Source: Myxococcales bacterium (GTDB taxonomy: Bacteria; Myxococcota_A; Polyangia; Polyangiales; DASUME01). Taken from it: a DNA stretch of 64,000 nucleotides. The stretch's first letter is position 1. Each line of letters opens with the position of its first letter. Below, in pieces: positions 19,465 to 27,394 of the stretch. The notes beneath the pieces are model-generated. The model was not told where the DNA came from. It did no database searches and was given only the letters and a program-made list of their open reading frames with translations. A program made the position numbers and the translations under genes. The stretch is taken from positions 8,224,001 to 8,288,000 of the forward strand of contig JASGJH010000001.1 of the NCBI GenBank assembly GCA_047601445.1, read 5' to 3'.

Positions 19465-20298
19465 ATGCGTGCTTTCTTGCCTTGGTGGCTGCTCCTCCTG
19501 CTCTTGAGCGGCGCTTCTCCTGGCCTTGCGGCAGCCCAGCTCTGCCACATGCCAGCACCGTCCATGCGCGCGGACACCCGCAGCGACGCGGTCGTGATGC
19601 GGGCCAGCGTGGGTAGCGTCCTTGCGGGCTACGACAACGCGTTTGGTGAGGGCGAATACCAGGGGGGCAACGTCGGCTTGGCCTTTCGCCATCCGTGGGT
19701 CGCCGCCTCGGCGTCGCTGCCAGGCTATCGCCTGGTGCGCAACGGGGAAGCACGCACGGAGATTGGCGACGTGGCCCTGGACGCTCGCGGCACCGTGTAT
19801 CGCGATGGCGAGGGTGGGCTCGCTCTCGGGCTCGGGATGGGCGCCACGCTGCCCAGCGGCAACGGGAACTTTGGCTTCGGTATGGGGCACACGATGCTGA
19901 TGCCGGGGTTGTGGATGTCGTTTTCGCGAGAGCACCTCATGCTCAGCGCGGAGCTGGGCTATGGACGCGCGATCGGGGGGCACCACGGAATGCACCACGG
20001 AGCCCATGCGGCCCACACGGGAGGCTTCATGGCGGGGTCCATCGTGCAGCCGATGAACGCTTCGGAGGTCGAGCACGGCCTCAGCCTGTCGTACGAGTTG
20101 CACCCACGCGTGCGCGCACTCGGTCGCTTGTTCGGGGCGATTCCGGTGGCGGACGAAGGCGGTCAGGCCCGCGAGATCGTTGCGCTGGGGGCACAGACGA
20201 TTCTGGGCTTGTGGGATCTGACGCTGGAGACCCAGCTGCCGGTGGTGGGCTCGCCGTTTACGACGCGGCTGGTCTTTGCGGTAGGAGCAGAGTGGTAG
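19465..20298 (+). CDS. Putative outer-membrane beta-barrel with His-rich loop
   Basis: Signal peptide, GDVALDAR and TLPSG barrel-like motifs, GGHHGMHHGAHAAH loop, C-terminal VGAEW. Confidence 0.6.
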   Translation: MRAFLPWWLLLLLLSGASPGLAAAQLCHMPAPSMRADTRSDAVVMRASVGSVLAGYDNAFGEGEYQGGNVGLAFRHPWVAASASLPGYRLVRNGEARTEIGDVALDARGTVYRDGEGGLALGLGMGATLPSGNGNFGFGMGHTMLMPGLWMSFSREHLMLSAELGYGRAIGGHHGMHHGAHAAHTGGFMAGSIVQPMNASEVEHGLSLSYELHPRVRALGRLFGAIPVADEGGQAREIVALGAQTILGLWDLTLETQLPVVGSPFTTRLVFAVGAEW

Positions 20299-20322
20299 AG
20301 GCGCCCTGGGGCGCGCGTCTCC

Positions 20323-20751
20323 CTACTGCTCGTCGGCCCCGTGATCGTGGTCGCCCTTGAGTCCCTGGCAGGTAATCCACTCGTCGAGTTTGTCGACCAT
20401 CTCCTGCGGAACCGGATCGCGCATGTAGGGCATGCGGCCGCACTCGATTTCGATCAGCGCGTGGCCGCCGGTCGCGCGCCAGCCATCTTCGGTGTCGTAG
20501 TCGTGGCCCACGGGGGCGCTCATGCGCGCGTCGCCCGTCTTGGTGGAGCTGTGGCAGTCGATGCAGTACGCGGTGGCCAGGGGCTCCACGGTGTTGTGGT
20601 AGCTGACGGTGCTGCTGGCGCAGTCGTATGTCTTCGTCTCCTCACCGCAGGCGGCGGTGGGGCCGGCATCGTCTCCGCATGCTGCGACGGAACCAACGAC
20701 AGCCGAACAAACCAAACTAGCCAAGAGCCACGGGCGCATAGGGGCCTCCAA
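20323..20751 (-). CDS. Small c-type cytochrome lipoprotein
   Basis: VAAC lipobox, YCIDCHS heme motif, GRMP, C-terminal HDH. Confidence 0.75.
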   Translation of the reverse strand: MEAPMRPWLLASLVCSAVVGSVAACGDDAGPTAACGEETKTYDCASSTVSYHNTVEPLATAYCIDCHSSTKTGDARMSAPVGHDYDTEDGWRATGGHALIEIECGRMPYMRDPVPQEMVDKLDEWITCQGLKGDHDHGADEQ

Positions 20752-20828
20752 GAGCCCCGACCATAGGGCAGGGGAGGGGGCCCGCGCATGCGACCGATTG
20801 TCGCGTCGGGCCCTCGATTTTGCGAGAC

Positions 20829-20910
20829 GGGGAGGTCACGCGACCTCCCCGCCCGTCGCGGCAAAGCCGCGCCGGGGCCTACCCCATCCGCGAGGTTCGC
20901 TTCGCTCACG
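20829..20910 (+). repeat. Structured intergenic repeat, copy A (full)
   Basis: GGGGAGGTC-ACGC-GACCTCCCC hairpin, CGCGGC-AAA-GCCGCG hairpin, tail CGCGAGGTTCGCTTCGCTCACG. Confidence 0.85.
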
Positions 20911-20977
20911 AAAAAGCCTCGCCTGCATGGCGCTGGTCGGCTTGCGCGCGACGGTGTCCTCTGCCACCCGCTGGGCC

Positions 20978-22699
20978 ATGGACGACGGTTCGGGGTTCTC
21001 AGAGAACGAGCGACAAGCGGTATATCGCGCGATTTTCGAGCGCCGTGACGTGCGCAACTACCGGCCAGATCCGCTGCCGGATGCGGTGCTGGCGCGGATT
21101 TTGGAAGCTGGCCACCAGGCCCCCTCGGTGGGCTTCATGCAGCCCTGGAACTTCGTGGTGCTGCGCGATGCTGCCGTGCGTCACAAGATCTATGCTCACT
21201 TTAGCGAGGTGAACGTCCGGGCCGCCCAGGTCTTCCAGGACGACCGCCGCCGCACCTACCAGGCGCTGAAGCTGCAGGGCATCCTGGATGCGCCCCTCAA
21301 CTTGCTGGTGACCTGCAATCCCACGCGGGGCGGTGAGCACGTGCTCGGCCGCTTCACCATGCCCGAGACCGACGTGTACAGCACATGCCTGGCGGTGCAG
21401 AACCTGTGGCTCGCGGCGCGCGCCGAGGGCGTGGGCATGGGCTGGATGAGCATCATGGAGCCATCCGTGGTGAAGGAGCTGCTCGGGATCCCGCAGCACG
21501 TGGTGCCAGTGGCCTATCTCACGGTGGGCTATCCGGTGGAGTTCGCCAAGAAGCCCATGCTGGCCGAGGTCGGTTGGTCCAAGCGCTTGCCGCTCGAAGG
21601 TTTGGTCTTCGAAGACGCCTGGGGGCGCCCCGCTCGTGCGATCCCCGCGGCCGACCTTACCCGTGCCCTCGAGCCGCCACGTACGCCGCGCGCCGAGCCC
21701 ACGGTCCCGGAGGCAGCGCTGAGGCGCAACGCCGACCTGACCAAGCCCAAGGGCAGCCTTGGTGTGCTCGAACAGGTGGCGCTCAAGCTGGCCGCTCTGC
21801 AGGACACCGCCTATCCCCGCTGCGAATACGCGCACCTCGCGCTCTTCGCGGGCGATCACGGCGTGACGGCGGAAGGGGTCAGCGCCTACAAGCGCGATAC
21901 CACCGTGAAGATGGTCTACAGCTATCTGGCGGGCGGCGCCGTGGTGAACGCCTTCGCGCGGCGCGAGCGGGTGTCCGTGCACGTGGTGGACGTGGGCGTC
22001 GATCATGATTTCGGCGCGGCGGACGGTCTGGTGCGGCGCAAGGTCGCGCGCGGCACACGCAACTTGAGGCGCGAGGCGGCGATGACGCAGGCGGAATGCC
22101 AGGCGGCGCTCGCGGCGGGCGGGCAGTTGGTGTGCGAACTCGAACAGCTCGATGTGCTCTTGCTGGGCGAGATGGGCATCGGCAACAGCACCAGCGCGGC
22201 GGCCCTGGTGGCGGCCCTCCTGGGCATGTCCGCGGAGGCCGTCGCGGGGCGCGGCACGGGCGTGGACGACGCTGGGTTGAAGCGCAAACAAGGGGTGATC
22301 GCCGATGCCCTGGCGCTGCACGCCGGCGCAGACCCGAGTCGACTCCTGGCCTGCTTGGGCGGCTTCGAGATCGCGGCCTTGGTCGGCGCCATCGAGGCCG
22401 CGGCCGAGCGCGGGGTGCCGGTGCTGCTCGACGGCTTCATCACGGGGGCCGCGGCCCTGGTGGCCGTGCGCCGCAATCCTTCTGTTTTGCCCTTCTTGAT
22501 GGCTGCCCACCGCAGCGCCGAACCGGCCCACGGTCTCGTCCTGGCGGCGCTAGGCTTGCGCCCGCTGCTCGAGCTCGACATGCGACTCGGTGAAGGCTCG
22601 GGCGCGGTGCTGGCGGTTTCGCTTTTGCGGGCCGCCTGTGCTGTGATGAGCGAGGTACGCACATTCGAAGAGGCCAACATCGAGCGGCCCGAGGGTTGA
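20978..22699 (+). CDS. bluB-cobT: Fused 5,6-dimethylbenzimidazole synthase BluB / phosphoribosyltransferase CobT
   Basis: BluB motifs RRDVR, APSVGFMQPWNF, LKLQGILDAP, QNLWLAARAEGVGMGWMS; CobT motifs LTKPKGSLG, FAGDHGV, GEMGIGNST, MRLGEGSGA; all in one frame. Confidence 0.92.
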   Translation: MDDGSGFSENERQAVYRAIFERRDVRNYRPDPLPDAVLARILEAGHQAPSVGFMQPWNFVVLRDAAVRHKIYAHFSEVNVRAAQVFQDDRRRTYQALKLQGILDAPLNLLVTCNPTRGGEHVLGRFTMPETDVYSTCLAVQNLWLAARAEGVGMGWMSIMEPSVVKELLGIPQHVVPVAYLTVGYPVEFAKKPMLAEVGWSKRLPLEGLVFEDAWGRPARAIPAADLTRALEPPRTPRAEPTVPEAALRRNADLTKPKGSLGVLEQVALKLAALQDTAYPRCEYAHLALFAGDHGVTAEGVSAYKRDTTVKMVYSYLAGGAVVNAFARRERVSVHVVDVGVDHDFGAADGLVRRKVARGTRNLRREAAMTQAECQAALAAGGQLVCELEQLDVLLLGEMGIGNSTSAAALVAALLGMSAEAVAGRGTGVDDAGLKRKQGVIADALALHAGADPSRLLACLGGFEIAALVGAIEAAAERGVPVLLDGFITGAAALVAVRRNPSVLPFLMAAHRSAEPAHGLVLAALGLRPLLELDMRLGEGSGAVLAVSLLRAACAVMSEVRTFEEANIERPEG

Positions 22700-22706
22700 A
22701 CGGTTC

Positions 22707-24452
22707 ATGTGGAGAAACTTACTCAAGTGGCTTCTTCCGCTCGTGTTGATCGGGGGTGCTGTCTACGGCTTCATGTGGTGGCAGCGGCAGCCCAAGCCCT
22801 TGCCCAAGGTCGACCTGGCCAGTGTGCAAGAGGGGCTGCCCAGGCAGGTCGCCACGCTGTTGAGCAAGGATGGCGCGCTGCGCGGCTTACGGCCGATCCC
22901 GAGTGCGCCGGTGTTCGTGGTGTTGCGCAAGAACGGCCGCAAGCTCGCCCAGGGTTGGTTCGAGGGGAGCGACGCGCAGCAGGCGATCTTCGACGGTGTC
23001 GCGCAGCTGCTGCGCGACAGGCCGAGCCTGGCTGGCGAGGTCGACGTAGTGGAGCTCTGCCTGCCGCACTCGTACAAGGGCGAACGGTTGAAGGCCAAGC
23101 GCGACGTTCTGGGTAACACGCATCGCGGCGTACGCGGCGTGTGGCTGCGCCACGGGACCCGCGAGGAGCGCACCTGTCCCACCGAGATGATCGCACGCAA
23201 TGCGCGCTTCGAGGACGTGGAGGGGGCCTTTCGTAAGCAAGCCGGCTTGAGTCGTGATGAGTACGTGGCCCAGGCCGAGGCCCAGAGCTTCGACGCGCAC
23301 CAGCTCCTGGTACGCGTGCAGAAAGATCCGGCCGTGGTGCCCATGTTCCGCGGCAACACCGTGATCCCGCTCGCCACCGTGAACCAAAAGAGCACCGACG
23401 CGCTGGCGGCCGGGCTCACGCAATGGATCACGACTCAGGTGCAGCCGGATGGGCGCATGGTGTACATGGCTCTGCCGAGCAAAGGCACCGAGTCCACCGA
23501 CAACAACATGATCCGCCAGTTCATGGCCACCGTGTGCCTGGTGCGACTCGCCAACGCCAAGCCCGAAGACGCCCACCTGCGGGAGCTGGCCAAGCGCAAC
23601 CTCACCTACAACCTGGATCACTTCTTCGTGCAGGAAGGCGAGCTCGGGCTGATCAAGTTCGGGGACGCGCGCCTCGGCGCCATGGCGCTGGCAGCGCTCG
23701 CCATCGTGGAAGCCCCGTTTCGCAGCGAGTTCGCGCGTTACGAGACGGCCCTGCGCAAGACCACCGAGCACATGCAGAAGCCGGACGGCTCGTTCTACTC
23801 GTTCTTCGGCAGCGAGAGCGGCGACAACCAGAACTTCTACCCGGGCGAGACGCTGCTGCTGTGGGCCACGCTCTACCAGGAGTCGCGCGACGAGGCCCTC
23901 TGGAAGCGCATCGACGACGCCTTTCGCTACTACCGCACCTGGCACCTCGAGAACCGCAATCCAGCCTTCATCCCCTGGCACACGCAGGCCTACGTCAAGT
24001 TGCTCAAGGTGCGCGACTATCCCGAGATGCGCGACTTCGTGTTCAAGATGAACGACTGGCTGCTCGGCATGCAGCAGTGGGGTACCGCCGACTACCCCGA
24101 TCAGCCCGGGCGCTTCTATGACCCCGACCGGCCCCAGTTCGGGCAACCGCACGCCTCCTCCACCGCGGTCTACCTGGAAGGCCTCATCGATGCGTACCAG
24201 CTCACGGTGAAGGAGAAGGACGAGGCACGCCGCAAGAGCTACCGCGACGCCATCCTGGGCGGCCTGCGGGCGACGATGCAGATCCAGTTCATGGACGGCG
24301 TGGACATGTTTTACATCGAGCAGCGCGACACCGTGTACGGCGGCCTGAGGACCACCGAATACGACAATCGCATCCGCGTCGACAACGTGCAGCACGCGTT
24401 GATGGGGATTCAGAGAATCGTTCGTATTTTCGGGGCTGAAGGGGCCTGGTGA
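22707..24452 (+). CDS. Membrane-anchored hypothetical protein (AMMECR1-like region plus alpha/alpha barrel-like region)
   Basis: N-terminal TM; VFVVLRKNG and GVRGVWL segments; QPDGRMVY, QKPDGSF, NFYPGETLL, IRVDNVQHAL. Confidence 0.55.
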   Translation: MWRNLLKWLLPLVLIGGAVYGFMWWQRQPKPLPKVDLASVQEGLPRQVATLLSKDGALRGLRPIPSAPVFVVLRKNGRKLAQGWFEGSDAQQAIFDGVAQLLRDRPSLAGEVDVVELCLPHSYKGERLKAKRDVLGNTHRGVRGVWLRHGTREERTCPTEMIARNARFEDVEGAFRKQAGLSRDEYVAQAEAQSFDAHQLLVRVQKDPAVVPMFRGNTVIPLATVNQKSTDALAAGLTQWITTQVQPDGRMVYMALPSKGTESTDNNMIRQFMATVCLVRLANAKPEDAHLRELAKRNLTYNLDHFFVQEGELGLIKFGDARLGAMALAALAIVEAPFRSEFARYETALRKTTEHMQKPDGSFYSFFGSESGDNQNFYPGETLLLWATLYQESRDEALWKRIDDAFRYYRTWHLENRNPAFIPWHTQAYVKLLKVRDYPEMRDFVFKMNDWLLGMQQWGTADYPDQPGRFYDPDRPQFGQPHASSTAVYLEGLIDAYQLTVKEKDEARRKSYRDAILGGLRATMQIQFMDGVDMFYIEQRDTVYGGLRTTEYDNRIRVDNVQHALMGIQRIVRIFGAEGAW

Positions 24453-24470
24453 GCGCCCTTCGGGGCGCTC
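24451..24470 (+). terminator. Stem-loop after the bluB-cobT operon
   Basis: GAGCGCCC-TTCG-GGGCGCTC, a perfect 8-bp stem with UUCG loop at the stop codon; no strong U tract. Confidence 0.5.
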
Positions 24471-24589
24471 GGTGAACGCTTTCGTGCGGCCGCTTTAACA
24501 CTTCTTCACAGGCCGCCCCGTGGACGCTTAACAACGGCTGCTCAACCTCTCTCCAGGGCGACACGAACCCGTCGCCAGAGAGAGGAACC

Positions 24590-25180
24590 ATGTTTGGTTT
24601 GATCGTGGGCACGCTGTGCCTGATGGGCCTTTTCGCGACCCTGCGACGACGCCACTACTATCGCTTTGCGGATTACTACGGCTACCACTGGGGCCACCAC
24701 CATGGTCGCGGCCATTGCCATGAGCGGGGACGGCACCATGGTCACCGGGGCCCCTGGGGCCATCACCACCACGAGGAGTCCTGGGAAGACGCCCCGCGGA
24801 TGCGCGGCTTCGGGCGCCGCCGGCCCAATCCCCTGCACTTCCTCTTCGCGGAGCTCGACACCACGCATGGCCAAGAAAAGGCCATCATGACGGCCCTCGA
24901 CGCCCTGCGTGGCGCCAAGGGAGCGCTGCGCGAGGAAGTGCTCAGCGCGCGCAAGGAGCTGGCGCAGCTCTTCGGTGCCGAGAGTCTGGACGCGCAGGCG
25001 CTCGAGGCACTGCTCGGGCGTCAGCAGGAGCACCTGGCGAAGTCCGGCCAACTCCTGAAGGACTTCGTCGCGCTGCTGCACGAGACCCTGACGCCGGTGC
25101 AGCGCAAGAAGCTCGCGGCGTTCCTGCTGGATGGCTCGTTGCTCTATGGCTTCGACCACGAGCGTCACCACGCATTCTGA
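24590..25180 (+). CDS. His-rich CpxP/Spy (LTXXQ)-like protein
   Basis: N-terminal TM, His/Gly-rich segment, ELDTTHGQEK and LHETLTPVQRKKL motifs. Confidence 0.7.
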   Translation: MFGLIVGTLCLMGLFATLRRRHYYRFADYYGYHWGHHHGRGHCHERGRHHGHRGPWGHHHHEESWEDAPRMRGFGRRRPNPLHFLFAELDTTHGQEKAIMTALDALRGAKGALREEVLSARKELAQLFGAESLDAQALEALLGRQQEHLAKSGQLLKDFVALLHETLTPVQRKKLAAFLLDGSLLYGFDHERHHAF

Positions 25181-25192
25181 GGAGGACGTCCC

Positions 25193-25375
25193 ATGTCTCG
25201 CTATCGAATGCGCATCGTGTTGCTCTCGCTCGGCGTGGTCTTCGGGTACGGCAGCGCCATCGCTCGCCACTACCGTGCCGAGCACTCCGGCCAAGGCTGG
25301 TTCTGCAGTCACCACACGGATCTGCAGGGCCCTCACGCTTCCCGCGGCGGCGCCGCGCCAAAGCCGGTACAATGA
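25193..25375 (+). CDS. Small membrane protein
   Basis: GAGGAG RBS, one hydrophobic helix (IVLLSLGVVFGYGSA), fills an operon gap. Confidence 0.6.
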   Translation: MSRYRMRIVLLSLGVVFGYGSAIARHYRAEHSGQGWFCSHHTDLQGPHASRGGAAPKPVQ

Positions 25376-25387
25376 AGGTCGCTGACC

Positions 25388-26083
25388 ATGATCCTGCGCG
25401 CGCTCCTCATCGACGATGACGACCGGCTGTTCGAGCACCTCCAGGGCTATTTTGCGCCCCACGGGGTAGAGCTGTCCCACGCGCGCGACGGCCGGCTCGG
25501 CATCGCTCGCCTGTTCGGGTCGGAGCAGGGCGCCTTCGACGTCGTGTTGCTCGACCTCACGATGCCGGGCATGGACGGGCTCGAGGTCTGTAAGCGTGTG
25601 CGCGAACGCAGCCGGATCCCCATCGTGATGCTCACCGCTCGCGGCGACGAGACCGACCGCGTGGTCGGGCTCGAGATTGGGGCCGACGACTACTTGCCCA
25701 AGCCCTTCAGTCCGCGCGAGCTCCTGGCGCGCATGCGCGCGGTGCTGCGTCGTTCTGCGCCCGATGCCACCAGCGAGCGCCTGAGGGTCGGGGAGCTCGA
25801 GATCGACGTGGGCAAGCGCGAGGCCAATCTGGCTGGCCGGGTGCTGGATTTGACGGGACTGGAGCTCGACCTCCTGCTGGCGCTGGTGCGCCGCGCGGGC
25901 CGTGTGGTGCCACGCGAAGCCCTGCTCGAGCTCGCCGGACGCGGTGAGACCGCGGTCAACGAGCGCACCGTGGACGTGCACGTGTCGCACATCCGCAACA
26001 AGCTCGGCGACGACTCCCGCAACCCGAGGCTGCTGCGCACCGTGCGCGGCGTGGGTTACGTCTACACGAAGGCCGAGACATGA
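25388..26083 (+). CDS. OmpR/CpxR-family response regulator
   Basis: LIDDD, LLDLTMPGMDG, GADDYLPKPF, RTVDVHVSHIR, RTVRGVGY. Confidence 0.92.
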   Translation: MILRALLIDDDDRLFEHLQGYFAPHGVELSHARDGRLGIARLFGSEQGAFDVVLLDLTMPGMDGLEVCKRVRERSRIPIVMLTARGDETDRVVGLEIGADDYLPKPFSPRELLARMRAVLRRSAPDATSERLRVGELEIDVGKREANLAGRVLDLTGLELDLLLALVRRAGRVVPREALLELAGRGETAVNERTVDVHVSHIRNKLGDDSRNPRLLRTVRGVGYVYTKAET

Positions 26084-27174
26084 GGCAGCGTCGTCGCGGG
26101 CCACGCCATGCTTACGAGCATGCTCTTCGTCGGTACCACCAGCACCGGCTCGAGCACCATCGACACTTCTTCCACGACCATCACGAGTTTCACCGCGTAC
26201 CGAGGCCGCTCCACAAGCTCATGTTCTGGAGCTTCGGCGCGGCCATCCTCGCCACCATGCTCATCGGTGGCGCGGCTTTCGGTTACGTGCGCAAGGTCTA
26301 CGGCTTCTCGCCGTGGATGCCCTTTGCCGCGATGTTCCTGGCCGCCAACTTCGTGTGGGGTCTGTCGGGCATCGTGGCGCGTCGTATCGCCATGCCCTTG
26401 CGGGAGCTCGAGCGCGTGGCCCGGGAGCTCGGCGCGGGCAGGCTCGACCAGCGCGTGACCTTGGTTCGCGGCGCCTACGAGGTGCGCGAGTTGGCGGTCA
26501 CGTTCAACGAGATGGCCGATCGCATCGAGGCCCAGGTGAAGAGCCAGAAGGAGCTCTTGGGGGCGGTCTCGCACGAGCTGCGAACCCCCCTGGCGCGCCT
26601 GCGCATTCTGGTGGGCTCGCTGGCCGAGATGGACGTGGATCCCAAGCTGGCGTGCCACATGGAGCGCGAGATCCTCGAGCTCGACGCCCTGGTGGGCGAA
26701 TTGCTCGCGGGCGCGCGCGTGGACGCCGGCGCGCTGCAGAAGCGTGACCTCGACGTGGCCGACATGCTCAAGGTGTGCCTGGAGCGCGCCGACTTTCCGC
26801 AGGCCTCGGTGCAGATCTCACCGGGATCGGAGCGTGTACAGGCCGACGCCACGCTGCTCTCGCGGGCGCTGATGGTGCTGCTCACCAACGTGCGCAAGCA
26901 CGCGGGTGCGACACGCGTTTGGCTCAAGGTGGAGAGTGACGAGCAGGGCACGCAGTTTCGGGTGGAAGACGATGGTGCGGGCTTCGATCCCGAGGATTTG
27001 CCGCGTGTGTTCGCGCCCTTCGTGCGAGGCCGCGGCGAGACTCCGGATGAACACAAGGGCTTGGGCCTGGGACTCTATCTGGTGAAGCGCATCGCCGAGG
27101 CGCACGGCGGTGAGGCGTTCGCCGAGAACCGCGCAGACGGTGGTGCCTGCGTGGGCTTCACGCTGGCGGCCTGA
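26080..27174 (+). CDS. HAMP sensor histidine kinase with His-rich N-terminus
   Basis: Two TMs, HAMP, SHELRTPLARL, DDGAG, GLGLGL; ATGA overlap with the regulator. Confidence 0.92.
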   Translation: MRQRRRGPRHAYEHALRRYHQHRLEHHRHFFHDHHEFHRVPRPLHKLMFWSFGAAILATMLIGGAAFGYVRKVYGFSPWMPFAAMFLAANFVWGLSGIVARRIAMPLRELERVARELGAGRLDQRVTLVRGAYEVRELAVTFNEMADRIEAQVKSQKELLGAVSHELRTPLARLRILVGSLAEMDVDPKLACHMEREILELDALVGELLAGARVDAGALQKRDLDVADMLKVCLERADFPQASVQISPGSERVQADATLLSRALMVLLTNVRKHAGATRVWLKVESDEQGTQFRVEDDGAGFDPEDLPRVFAPFVRGRGETPDEHKGLGLGLYLVKRIAEAHGGEAFAENRADGGACVGFTLAA

Positions 27175-27394
27175 GTGAGGCTGCTGTGAGCGATAGCTTT
27201 CGCTTTTTGAGGCATTCCTATCAGCTCGGTGCGCGCGCATCGGCACGTCTCTGACAGGACACGCGCGACGCGCTTACGAGAGCGCTCAACCTCGACCCCC
27301 TCGCTGTCGGGGCGGCACCTACTCTTGTGGGCAACGCGGCAAGATCGCTCCTCGCCCCAACCTGGGGAACGCGATACCACCCTGAGAGTCGCCC

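Noticed and set aside
20752..20977. Cobalamin riboswitch upstream of bluB-cobT
   Set aside because: No recognisable B12-box; the structured sequence is a copy of the dispersed repeat found beside unrelated genes.
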